A stretch of DNA of 64,000 nucleotides from Octopus vulgaris (lineage: Eukaryota), in assembly GCA_951406725.2 (NCBI GenBank), contig OX597815.1, positions 34,844,001 to 34,908,000 on the forward strand, read 5' to 3'. How positions within the stretch are numbered: position 1 is the stretch's first letter; each line of letters opens with the position of its first letter. The notes beneath the pieces are model-generated. The model ran no database searches and was not told the DNA's origin. It worked only from the letters and a program-made list of their open reading frames with translations. Made by a program: the position numbers and the translations under genes. Shown piece by piece: positions 1-11,728 of the stretch.

Positions 1-1
1 C

Positions 2-75
2 CTGAAGAGAAAGCTGCAAAATGGACTCCTTATTCAATCGGAATTAGGGACTTTGCAGACTTCGAAGCATATGTC
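2..75 (+). ncRNA. Minimal type I hammerhead ribozyme (one core mismatch; 5' strand of stem I lies outside the window)
   Basis: CTGAAGA (2-8); long stem II (ctgcaaa 14-20 / tttgcag 52-58; tcctta / taggga); GAAG in place of GAAA (64-67); palindromic CATATG stem III (68-73); TC cleavage site (74-75); followed by about 60 nt and then (TA)n. Confidence 0.6.
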
Positions 76-132
76 GAAAATAAAATAAAGGAACTTTGTT
101 AAATCTTCGTTCAGCTCCATCCTTTCCTATAC

Positions 133-209
<77 letters not shown>

Positions 210-210
<1 letters not shown>

Positions 211-438
211 AGGCGGCGAGCTTACAGAAACGTTAGCACGCCGGGCGAAGTGCGTAGCCGTATTTCGTCTGCCGTTACGTTCTGGGTTCAAATTCCGCCG
301 AGGTCGACTCTGCCTTTCATCCTTTCGGGATCGATAAAGTACCAGTTACGCACTGGGGGCGATGTAATCGACTTAATCCGTTTGTCTGGCCTTGTTTGTC
401 CCGTCTGTGTTTAACCCCTTGTGGGTAGTAAAGAAATA
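210..438 (+). mobile_element. SINE family A (tRNA-like head, GCCTTTCATCCTTTCGGGGTCGATAAA body)
   Basis: B-box-like GTTCAAATTCC; closely similar copies at 7917, 26156, 38556, 40161, 53867 and 60600. Confidence 0.85.
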
Positions 439-474
439 TATAATAATAATAATAATAAAAATAAATAAATAAAT

Positions 475-877
475 AGGCGCAGGAGTGGCTGTGTGGTAAG
501 TAGCTTGTTTACCAACCACATGGTTCCGGGTTCATTCCTACTGCGTGGCACCTTGGGCAAGTGTCTTCTACTATAGCCTCGGGCCGACCAAAGCCTTGTG
601 AGTGGATTTGGTAGACGGAAACTGAAAGAAGCCCGTCGTTATATATGTATATATATGCGTGTGTGTGTTTGTGTGTCTGTGTTTGTCCCCCTAGCATTGC
701 TTGACAACCGATGCTGGTGTGTTTATGTCACCGTTACTTAGCGGTTCGGCAAAAGGGACCGATAGAATAAGTACTGGGCTTACAAAAGAATAAGTCCCGG
801 TGTCGAGTTGCTCGATTAAAGGTGGTGCTCCAGCATGGCCGCAGTCAAATGACTGAAACAAGTAAAAGAGTAAGAGT
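475..877 (+). mobile_element. SINE family B, full length (tRNA-like head, CORE-like CCTTGGGCAAGTGTCTT, internal microsatellite, GACTGAAACAAGTAAAAGAG tail)
   Basis: A/B-box-like head; many homologous pieces elsewhere in the window (2670, 8505, 18240, 23455, 27310, 34035, 37940, 41222, 54800). Confidence 0.85.
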
Positions 878-1068
878 ATAAATAAATAAATATATGCATA
901 TATACATACATATATGTACATACGTAATATATATGTATATATATACATGCATATATTGAACACAATGAGAAACGAAAACATTAAAAAAAACGAAAAAAAT
1001 CAAACAGAGAAACGAGACATACAACATAAAGAATATTCCCCTTCTTCAGTTGTCCCTTATTATTCGTC

Positions 1069-1286
1069 TTTGGAATAGTGGCTCTCGAAGCATGTATTAA
1101 GCTATAATGAATAACCTGTAAATATTGAGTTGAAAAACCATTTGGGGATAGGAAAAGTCAGAAGATGTGGTTTTGTATCCCATACACACACTTCGAGTTT
1201 CTCTACCCCCCAAATGATTTTTCAATCTACTATTTACATGCTGTTATACTTAGCTTTATGTGTGCTTCGAGATCCACTATTCCAAA
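1069..1286. repeat. Long imperfect inverted repeat (about 100 nt arms)
   Basis: tttggaatagtgg / ccactattccaaa, tctcgaagca / tgcttcgaga, tgtaaata / tatttaca, ttgaaaaaccatttgggg / ccccaaatgatttttcaa are colinear. Confidence 0.85.
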
Positions 1287-1397
1287 CAACAGAAAAAAAA
1301 TAGTTTCACGTTCTTCCGAATTATAATGACGTCAACACACACACTCACAAACACGCACGCACTCACAAACATATATGTATGTATATTTGTATGAATT

Positions 1398-1705
1398 GTA
1401 CTCCATCGCTTACGACGATGAGTGTTCCAGTTGATCCGATCGACGGAACGGACTGCTCGTAAAATTAACATGCAAGTGGCTTAGTACTCCACAGACACAT
1501 ATGCCCTTAACGTAGTTCACAGGGTGATTCAGCGTGACAAAGAATGTGACAAAGCTGGCCCTTCGAAATACAGTTACAACTCATTTTTGGTAGCTGAGTG
1601 AAATAAAGTGTCTTGCTTAAGGACACAACACGCCGCCGGGAATCGAACTCACGACCTTACAATCATGAGCCGAATACCCCTAACCACTAAGCCACGCACC
1701 TTCAC
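1398..1705 (-). mobile_element. tRNA-derived CORE-like SINE with tail type D
   Basis: tRNA-like head at the right end; TSD gtatatttgtat at 1381-1392 and 1706-1717; tail shared with 13451 and 60146. Confidence 0.85.
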
Positions 1706-1991
1706 GTATATTTGTATATATATGTGTATATATATTTTGCTGTATCAGCCATAATAGAGTGCCTGTCATCAAACACCCTTTCTCAGTATTACTTTTACAT
1801 ATGAAACTATGAGCGATGGGGGATACAAATCGGTCTGAGCCAACATGCATAATTTATTTTATCTCCAGTATTGAATTTATCCGTACGCAAAATTATTATT
1901 ATTCTTTTAGTAATTGCATTTGCAATATATAACCCTATGATTATACATAGATAAACTCACATATGTGTATGTGTGTGTGTGTGTCTGTCTG

Positions 1992-2085
<94 letters not shown>

Positions 2086-2669
2086 CGCACTCACACACTC
2101 ATACACACAGACACCAAACACCCAGACAAATATATATATATATATATGCATGAAGAGTAAAGAAGGAAAGACAATTATGCTAGTGCTTAGAAACAAATGG
2201 ATGAATATTCGTATTCGTGTGTGCGTGTTTGTGTGCCTACGCTTGTATGTGTGTGTGTGTGTGTATGTGTGTCTATGCATACATGTATGTGTATACAATA
2301 CGTATACGTGTATCTGCTTTTGTACGCATGTGTGTACCAATATTTATTTGTTTATTCTAATTCGTGTTAAAGTCGTATATGACGATCACATTCTTAGATG
2401 TTTTCATTATTCTCCGATCATCAAACAGTATACTGTATATTTTCCCTCCTTTCTCTCCTTTAAGCGAATCGACTGTGCGGGATCTGAAAATATAATGAAC
2501 ATATTATTGACAAATGTCAATCCATAACAATTTAACAAGAGGCTTATATTACAATGGAAACTCATATCTTCTGCATCAGTCAATCTATAGTGTTGGATTG
2601 AATTTCCCTTTCAAGGAATGAAAATTAATTCACACCCGACCAGCAGTTATTGAAACTTTGCAATGGTCT

Positions 2670-2905
2670 TTATCTTTTATCTTTTAGTAGTTTCAATTAT
2701 TAGACTGCAGCCATGCTGGAATACCGCCTTGAAGGGGTTATCGAACAAATCAACCCCAGCACTTTCTTTCTTTTCTTTTTCCTAAGCCTAGTTTTTATTC
2801 TATCGGCCTCTTTTACCAAACCTCTAAGTTACGGGGATGTAGTAAAGAAACCAAAAGTCGGTTGTCAAGTGGTGGTGGTAGTATGATAAACATAAACACA
2901 AAAAC
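2670..2905 (-). mobile_element. SINE family B, 3' half
   Basis: Reverse-complement similarity to 690-877. Confidence 0.7.
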
Positions 2906-2920
2906 TAGCATACTAGAGTA

Positions 2921-3254
2921 GATCCCCTTCGGTTATGAATAACCGTGGGATTGCACCTAGAAAATTACCCTCTCAGGCACAAGTCCGGGCAAGGTTGTTT
3001 ATTGAAGGCCAGCAGTCACCCATGCATACCAGCCTCCCCTCTCCACACCACTGATGTTATCCAAGAGAAAGGCAAAGGCCGATACAGCTTGGCACCACTG
3101 ATATCGCAACTCATTTCTACAGCTGAGTTAACTAGAGCAACGTGAAATAAAGTGTCTTGCTCAAGAACACAACACGCAGCCCGGTCCGGGAATCGAACTC
3201 ACAACCACACGATCGTAAGCTTGACGCACTAACCACTGAGCCATGCGCCTTCAC
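2921..3254 (-). mobile_element. tRNA-derived CORE SINE family C
   Basis: Reverse complement of 50620-50957; CORE-like TGTTCTTGAGCAAGACACTTTATTTCACGTTGCTC...CTCAGCTGTAGAAATGAG. Confidence 0.88.
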
Positions 3255-3255
3255 T

Positions 3256-3315
<60 letters not shown>

Positions 3316-4425
3316 CAGGGTGCATAAGGTATTTGATGACATACCTTTTTTGGGTCATTGCTGCGTTATTTGCAAACTCTATATAATATTTGTGTCAGAA
3401 AATAATAATGGCAGTCCCCCAGCTTACTTAAGAAATGAAGAACCATGCTGCTATTGTGATTATAAAGGCTGAGCATTGCGATTTAGAAATATCTCGATTT
3501 TTAAAAGTTGCCTGATCTTTCGTCTACAAAGTTTGCAAGGAGCTAGAGACTGAAGATGGTATCAAAGCATAAAAAGCATTCTAAATACTCTGAAATCATC
3601 AAAACACCTGAATTTATCCAGCAAGTCCGACAGACTATTGATTACAATGCCAGAAAGTCCATGGGGTCAATTTCAAAAGATCTCTCAGTATCAGAAGGAA
3701 CAGTCACAAATGTTGTCCATGAAGACAACAGATATAAATCTTATATGATGAGGAAAGGGGAATTTGTCGGAAAAAGCAAAAGAAAATGGCTACATCAGAT
3801 CTAAAAGGCTCTTAAACTAACTGAAAAAATCTAGCAGAAGATTTGATTTGTTTTTTCTGAAACGAGAAAAACTTTTACCAAGATCAAAGAGTTAACAGAA
3901 GAAATGACAGATGATTATGTACAGACCCTTCTGAATTTCCAAGTGTTATGTATACAAAAGTTCCTGCAACTGTCATGGTTATAGGGGTTGTCTACAATGA
4001 AGGACATGTGATGCCTCCTTACTTCTTTCTACAAGGCCTTAGAGTTAACTCTGCCGCCTACATTGAGGTCATGGAAATAATTAAGCTCTGAATAGATAGT
4101 GTATGCAATGGAAGGTCATATGTGTTTTAGACTCTGCACTATCACACATGGCTTTAGTAACACAGAAATGGATGGTTGAAAATTTTCATGATCACATAAC
4201 CCCTAACATTTGGCTCCTCAGTTCTCAATCCATTGGACTATTACATATATGGAGCGCTGTTGAGAGAGAGGTCATTGAACACGCCCATAACATCAAAGAT
4301 TCTTTGAAAGCTGCCATAGTCAGAGTAATGTCCAAAATGAACCAGGACCACTTGATTCGAGCATGTAGAGGATTTAGATCTCGTATAGAAGCAATTGTTG
4401 AAGTTGAAGGTGGAAATTATTTCTT
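3316..4425 (+). mobile_element. Decayed Tc1/mariner transposon, maT (DD37D)-like transposase pseudogene
   Basis: TA|CAGGGTG left end; ATG at 3408; frameshifted motifs TPEFIQQV, NEKNF..DQRVNRRNDR, VMVIGVV.NEGHVMPPYFF.QGLRVNSAAY, LDSALSH..TQKW..PNIW, IRACRGFRSRIEAIVEVEGG; right TIR not seen. Confidence 0.85.
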
Positions 4426-4469
4426 CGATGTGAAATTTAGGAAATAAGAAATGCTTGAAAGGCGATAGT

Positions 4470-4470
4470 A

Positions 4471-4529
<59 letters not shown>

Positions 4530-4582
4530 CAGCACACTACTACTACTACTACTAATACTACTACCAGCACACTACTACTACA

Positions 4583-4618
<36 letters not shown>

Positions 4619-4749
4619 GTTCCTCCCCCCTCTCCCCTCCTCCTCCTACTACAACTACTACTGTTCCTCCTCCTCCTCCTACTACTACTACAACTAATAC
4701 TAATACTACTACCAGCACACTACTACTACTACTACTACTACTACTAGCA

Positions 4750-4790
<41 letters not shown>

Positions 4791-4793
4791 GCA

Positions 4794-4865
<72 letters not shown>

Positions 4866-4885
4866 TACTACTACTACTACTACTA
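4470..4885. repeat. (CTA)n microsatellite complex
   Basis: Direct reading, with recurrent ccagcacac interruptions. Confidence 0.95.
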
Positions 4886-5506
4886 ATTTTAGCTTGTAGT
4901 GCATGGAGTGGTATATGCATTGATGTAAAACTGATGTCACTACTCTTTCTAGAAGTGAGGTCAAAGATAAGCTTCCGTCATGTTGATGCTGCTTTTCAGT
5001 TTCGTTTCCCACTAGTGTCCAACCAATTTACATACTCTAACATCGATAATGCACGAGGGAAAAGGATAAACACCACTCAATCCATTAGAACTTAATATTG
5101 GCTCAGAAAGCAATTAATTTTTCTCTGCTTTGCTTTGGATACAAAAATAAATTATATTAATAAAGATAGAGGATGCAGAGAAGCGTGACGCCTCTCTTCG
5201 CATTTGTAATACTATATGTGTGTAGGAGAGTGTGACTTTGTGTAATGCACATGTGTGTGTGTGTGTGTTAGACGGTGTGGCGAAGGGTGGTAAGAGAAGG
5301 AGAGAGAAAGTGAGTATGTGTGTGTGTGTGAATTTTTTTTGTTCGCATATACGTGTGACAATGAGTGGATGCGTCCATATTTATGTGGAAGTGTGCGAGT
5401 AGAGCATATAATTATGTACATGACGATAAATCACATGGAAGAAAATACATACACATGTATATCACATGAACACGCACGTGCACGCACACACACATGTATA
5501 TGTATG

Positions 5507-5547
<41 letters not shown>

Positions 5548-5622
5548 GTATGTATATATATACATATATGCATATGCGTACATATATTTAACTTCATATA
5601 CATATAAATATATATATGTATG

Positions 5623-5724
<102 letters not shown>

Positions 5725-6268
5725 GAGACAGACAGACAGAGAAATAGACAGAGAGGGTCACAAAAATGTACAGCATAAAGCAGAAAATTATGAACAGCAA
5801 TGGCCCGCGGGAGTAAATTCGTGTAGGCTGTTCTTTTCGTTTTTATTTTGTTTTATGATGTATTTGTAAATGTATAATTTTTAAGTTTATATTTTATTAG
5901 TTATTAAAAATCTTAACTGCTTGCATTAAATGTATGTGTGTGTGTGTGTATGTGTGTGTGTGTATGTGTTTGTGTGTGTATTTTGTATGTGTGTATGAAT
6001 AAAATAAATGAGAATGAGCTCAAGAATGGCCACTAGCAGGTTTTTGAACACGTAAAATGAATATGTGTATATTAAATACCATATGTACAGTAGATACTCG
6101 ATTCATTGAAATTATATCCGCTTCCAGTGATTGTACAATAATCACATTATGATAGCTGAGACGAGCTCCAAATGTTAAGGAGAGATTGTCTCAAAAAATC
6201 AGAAATTCTCCTAAATTGACATACCATTAAAGGAACGACGGTCTGGTTGTCTGGAGACAAAGAGCAGG

Positions 6269-6339
<71 letters not shown>

Positions 6340-6364
6340 GTAAATATAATATGTGACAATTATT

Positions 6365-6445
6365 CGGTAGCCATGATAAAACTCCGAGTTTCGGATGCCG
6401 AGGTGGAAATCCACGCCGCCATCTCTTCAGTTATCCAGCCATCGG
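6365..6445 (-). ncRNA. Minimal type I hammerhead ribozyme in a short (TA)n-embedded element (element about 6340-6522)
   Basis: Minus strand reads gataa-CTGAAGA-gatggcggcgtggatttccacctcggcatcc-GAAA-ctcggag-TT-ttatc: stem I gataa/ttatc, stem II gatg..gtgg/ccac..catc, near-palindromic stem III. Confidence 0.7.
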
Positions 6446-6520
6446 AAAAATGCTATGAAAAATGACCCTATTTGCATAATATCGAGGTCTCTTTCTTTTG
6501 TTGTCTTACCATTTTCATCA

Positions 6521-6580
<60 letters not shown>

Positions 6581-6617
6581 GTATGTATATATATATATAT
6601 ATACATATATACATATG

Positions 6618-7890
6618 TAGATGTTTTTGCCTGAATAAGCGTCATCAGTGCACCAATTGTCTTACCTTATTTCCAGCAGAGGAAGCACTTAAATATATGA
6701 AAAAAGGGTGGACTACATTTACCAATCTTCGTCTGGTTGACTCGTTGTAGGTAAAATAAATGAAGCGAAATGAAACAGTGGAAAATTGTAAGATGTTCTC
6801 GGAGGGAAAGAAGAGTTACTTCACACGAATTGGTGTTAGCCGTGGTCGAAGCGTGTCACTTGTTCGTGCGTGGGTACATGTATGTCGTTGTCAAGTCTAA
6901 AGAAAGGGATGATCACGTTACCGACAATGAAATTTTGCAGAATCCAAATATTCCGTTTGTTTAAATTCAGGAAAAGCATCGGGATCGTGCGAATTTTTTA
7001 AGAATGTTTCTCCTTTCCACCAAACAAGGCTTACAGCGATTGTTTCCATTCACCTATGTTTCAGGTCGATCTGAAAATTTCGATTTGATTTTCTATGGCG
7101 TTGTTTCCTCTTTTAATCGTAACATTTAGCTAGGTAACGTTGTAAAATTCCACCTGTCTTGGAGATTCTGAAACAGAATCTGTGATAATTAAGCCTGGTT
7201 TAAAACATGGTCTCCGTTGCTCTTACATGCTTCTGAAGGTGTGTCGTTTCGTTGTTGTTGGACGACTCTGCTTTTGCTTCGTAGATAATGGCGTCAACGT
7301 TCCGTTGATTATTCACTGGGCGCTCATTGTAAAAGATACACGACCATTCTACCTCCGCCCGGAGTCTTTAGATACTCACTAATACTCTTTTGGATACTTG
7401 GTGCACAGATGAACGAGGACCTTTTTGTTATTTCAATAGAATATTTTTCCATATATACGATCCTGTGTAAAATGCTTCTCCGCTTATCCACTAATCTAAG
7501 GAAACTCCTTCCTAGAGGTTTTCACGTTGAGTGAGGATGGTGGTAATGGTGGTGATGAGGAAAAACCAGAGAACTTTTTGGCAGCGCTTTCTCTAATGGG
7601 TGTTAGGGCGGGGCATATAAGCGATGCGGTCTTTAAAGACGCTGGCTTCCACGGCTTTGTTGTAATAGGGGGCGCTATATCAAAAACACATTTATTTGAA
7701 AATACTAACATCTTTTGAAAGGTTTTTAAACGTTATTAGTTCGTGTTTGAATGGAAGTAGGTGTTGCAAGCTTCAACCATAGCTAACATCAATCCATGGG
7801 AAGTAGCTCTTCTTTCCCTTCAGGAATATGTTATAGTTTTTTACAATGTTTCCTTCTGATACTTTTTCGAAACATCGAGCCAACCAGGAT
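6618..7890 (-). mobile_element. Decayed Penelope-like element (Neptune-type GIY-YIG 3' region) ending in a degenerate hammerhead
   Basis: Minus-strand translation with frameshifts: PP..SLNVKT, GKIF*NN, SCIFYNERPVNNQ..AIIYEAKA..ATETMF*TRLNYHRFCFR, NFTTLPS*MLRLKE, RCKPCLVER, LNKRN; CTGATGA-cgc..gc-AAAAA at 6648-6624. Confidence 0.75.
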
Positions 7891-7916
7891 GTATATATCC
7901 TGTTAATATATAAAAG

Positions 7917-8152
7917 AAGGCGGGGAGCTGGCAGAAACGTTGGCGCGCCGGACGAAATGCTTAGCGGTATTTCGTCTGTCGTTACGTTCTGAGTTCAAAT
8001 TCCACCGAAGTCGACTTTGCCTTACATCCTTTCGGGGTCGATAAATAAAGTACCAATTTCGCACTGTGGTCGATATTATCGACTTAATCCCTTTGTCTAT
8101 CCTCCTTGTTTGTCCCCTCTATGTTTAGCCCCTTGTGGGCAGTAAAGAAATA
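7917..8152 (+). mobile_element. SINE family A
   Basis: Homologous to 210-438; flanked by a long direct repeat tcctgtt(a/t)atatataaaagaag. Confidence 0.88.
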
Positions 8153-8504
8153 TATGTCCTGTTTATATATAAAAGAAGCGATGCATTTCCGGCCACAATG
8201 TCTGAATAGTCATCAATATTGCCCAGTGCAATAATCAGTGCACAACCGACGGTAAAATTCTGACCACTTATATGGCATTATTAGAAGACAGAAATATGTG
8301 AAAATATAACCGCCTTCTTTCTCATACTGCGTATATTTTTCTAAAATATGGAAAACTAATTGATAATTTATGCATACTGCATACATATATACGTACATGC
8401 ACACACACACACGCTCACAGACATACACATATACACAGACAGACAGACAGACGTGCGCGCACACAAACACGCGCACACAAACACGCGCGCGCGCACAAAC
8501 ACAT

Positions 8505-8652
8505 ATATGACGGATTTTCTTAAGCTGCCGTTCACTAAAGGTATTGGTTGGCCTGGGGCTATAGTAGAAGACAGTTGCCCAAGGTGCCACGCAGTGGTAC
8601 TGAACCCAGAACCATGTGGTTGGGAAGCAAACTTTTACCGCACAGCCACATA
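8505..8652 (-). mobile_element. SINE family B, 5' half
   Basis: Reverse-complement similarity to 480-640. Confidence 0.7.
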
Positions 8653-8773
8653 CGTACATACACTTACACATACATGCTCATGTCGGTATATAACTCTCTC
8701 TTCTCTCCTAGTCTCTGTCTGTCTCTGTCTCTCTCCCCCTCTCCCTCCCTCTCTCTCTATCTCTCTCTCATTT

Positions 8774-8807
<34 letters not shown>

Positions 8808-8808
<1 letters not shown>

Positions 8809-9693
8809 TGGATCATCCCATAAATAATGCCGGTTTTTATACTTCTTTTATTTTTCAAAATTAAGATAAACAAAGTTCTTTTTTTAATCTAAAATATACT
8901 CTCCTTCATTTTCTACAATTCTCTTCCATATGTCTGGTAGACTTGCAAGGCCCCTCTTCCAAAATTCACTTGTCTGTGACGAAAGGTACTCCCCCAGTAC
9001 TGTTCTGACTTCGTCTACAGAATTCATATTTTCCCCCTCCAAGTGAGTTTGAAGACTGCAGAAGAAATGATAATGAGATGGGGCAATGTCCGGCGAATAT
9101 GGTGGGAGGGGCATCGTTTTTCATTCAAATTACTCCTGCCTTTGGAATGTCATATTCTCTCTATGTGACCGAGCATCATCCTGATGAAAGGACTCCTTTT
9201 GCCTTGAAATCAAAGATGGTCATTTTCCCATGGCACGCAGGTGACCATGAATGGCTGAATGACCAAATCCAAGCTTCTCTGCTAGTACCTCAATAGTTAC
9301 CATGGGGTTTTGTTCCACTAGGGTTTGCAGGACGTCCTCTATAGATCTTCCTGGACGAGACTTGTCTTCTAGGTTGTTGTTCCCAGCTCGGAATTTCTGG
9401 AACCACCGTTGACACTGGCTTACGCTTATTGTCCGATCCCCATAAGCTGCATTAATATTCCTCGCACTTTCTGTTGCATTGTTGCCTTTATTGAACTCAA
9501 AGCAAAATATGCCGAAAATATTCTTTTGTCACTTCCATTATAGCTTTGAAAAAATAACTGTTAAAATCGAACTGTACTCTTCACAACTTGCGCTAAAAGT
9601 AATTACAAAGTAAAATTACTACCTGCTTCTATAGCAGGTAGTAATTTTAGTTTATGCAATTGAGAAAACTGCATTATTTATGGAATGACCCAA
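8808..9693 (-). mobile_element. Internally deleted mariner (DD34D) transposon
   Basis: TA-flanked TIRs ctggatcatcccataaataatgc / gcattatttatggaatgacccaa; N-terminal MEVTKEYFRHILL..NKGNNATESARNINAAYG..CQRWFQKFRAGN..LEDKSRPGR; C-terminal PPYSPDIAPSHYHFF..WKRIVENEGEY. Confidence 0.92.
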
Positions 9694-10089
9694 TACACGC
9701 ACACATACACACACACACACACATATATATACATACACATACATATATATATATATACACACACATATATACATGCATACATATACACGTGTGGTGTGTG
9801 TGTGTGTGTGCATGCGTGAAGGTATACGTTTATACGTGTATGCTTATATGTGTTCGTGTAGGGTTATGTATAAGTGCGTAAATATGTGAATATCTGCTTG
9901 TAAATAGGTTTTATTTATACATACGTGTCTGTATGTATTTGCATTTTTATCATATACGTATTTTGATTCCGTATATTTACATTTCCCTTTAGCTAACTGG
10001 CAGATTTTGAAATTTATTGCTTGTTTCTTGACTGTCGGATAAATTGTTTGATTGCAGCTTCTAGAGAAAAAAAACAAAGAAGTACTTTA

Positions 10090-10965
10090 TCTCTCTATAT
10101 ATAAACGGCAGTTTGCCTGTGTGCGTTTTCTGTGTGTCTGTTTTCTCGTACCCTCACTCTGACCACGGCTTTCAACCGATTCTGATGAAACTTGACACAC
10201 ACATAGCCCAATGTCATAATTCAAAACTAACGCAGCGAAAATTTTGAAAAGTTCCCCCAGTTCTGAAAAAAATCGATAAATTTGACATGGGGTCGAGAAT
10301 CAGAAACACAAACCACAGACTGTCTAGGGGACGCAACTCGACCTTTTTAACTCTCAACTCTATCAATATCCAGCTATTCCTGGTACAGACTGTCTAGGGG
10401 ACGCAACTCGACCTTTTTAACTCTCAACTTGGCGAAGGCAAAATACCAGGGGATGAAAATGGTAATATTGCCATCGATTCCATTTGTACCATTGTTAAAA
10501 CGCCTTCTAATCTCAGAGATGCAGTGTTCTCAGATCTACAAGCTAATTATCAGAATATGGATTGGATTGGCCAAAGGGCTATTCTGGCCCCGAGGAATAA
10601 AACTGTTCACCATATTAATGATGAAATGCTAAAAATCATTCCTGGGGATGTCTATGTATATAAGCCTATCGATACAACTCCTGACCCAGAGGACGTCATC
10701 AACTATCCAATAGAGGTACTCAATTCCTTTGAGCCCCCCGGACTACCACCACACATTCTCAAACTTAAAGTTGGTGCACCTATAATGCTCATTAGAAATT
10801 TGGTTCCCCCAAAACAATGCAATGGCACACGTTTGATTGTTAAGTCCTTATCTCCCACCGTAAACTTATATCAATATTTGCCTGAATAATCATCATAATT
10901 CAGTGCAATCATTAACAGTACTTTCAAGCAATTCAGCCCCGAGCATCGCCGGGCAATTCTGCTAG
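10090..10965 (+). mobile_element. Non-autonomous Helitron
   Basis: Inserted A|TC...CTAG|T; 5' TCTCTCTATATATAA; subterminal hairpin gccccgagcatcgccgggc (10936-10954). Confidence 0.92.
10430..10862 (+). pseudogene. PIF1-family helicase fragment of Helitron RepHel
   Basis: RAILAPRNKTVHHIN, YPIEVLNSFEPPGLPPHILKLKVGAPIMLIRNL, CNGTRLIV are characteristic Helitron/PIF1 motifs. Confidence 0.92.
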
Positions 10966-11043
10966 TTTCTGTATAAAACAATGCATTTACGATCTATTAT
11001 TCACTTACGTGCAATGCAGGTAAATTATACGAACCTACATACA

Positions 11044-11077
<34 letters not shown>

Positions 11078-11244
11078 CATACATGTATGCATATATACAT
11101 ACATGCATACATGTACACATACATGCATACAAACACACACGCACACACTCTCACACATACATACATAATACATATATTCATATATACATACATACATACA
11201 TGCATACATACATACATACATACATACATACATACATACATACA

Positions 11245-11278
<34 letters not shown>

Positions 11279-11663
11279 CATAAATACATACATACTTACG
11301 TATATATATAGCCTTTTACTGATTTGGAGCAGACTAACAGATAGCGACCCAAGTAGTGGCTTCGTAACTTTGCGCGACTGCGTTCATGGCGTCCCCATTC
11401 AATATTGATACAAGAATACAAGAAGCTGGGTTATACTAACCGCAGATCAGAAGGTGCTGTCTACTTGGATTAATATCTCTGTTCTTCATTGCCATATGCC
11501 TTTACGTGAAGATATATATCTGCATATATCCATATGCGAATGTATGCGTGTTTGTGCCAGTGTATGTTTGCATGATGTGTGAGTGAGTATGTGGCTTGTG
11601 TGAATGAATGAATCTCTTAACTTAGTATTCATATGTATATTATATGAAATATGTGTGCGTGTG

Positions 11664-11728
<65 letters not shown>

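Noticed and set aside
1040-1310. Possible type II hammerhead on the minus strand using GAAA (about 1304-1307) and CTGAAGA (about 1053-1059) around the long hairpin
   Set aside because: No stem II or stem III pairing can be built
9180-10195. CTGATGA matches at about 9181 and 10182
   Set aside because: They lie inside the mariner and Helitron with no surrounding hammerhead stems
10524-10889. Host PIF1 helicase gene
   Set aside because: The fragment is enclosed by Helitron termini and has no exon context
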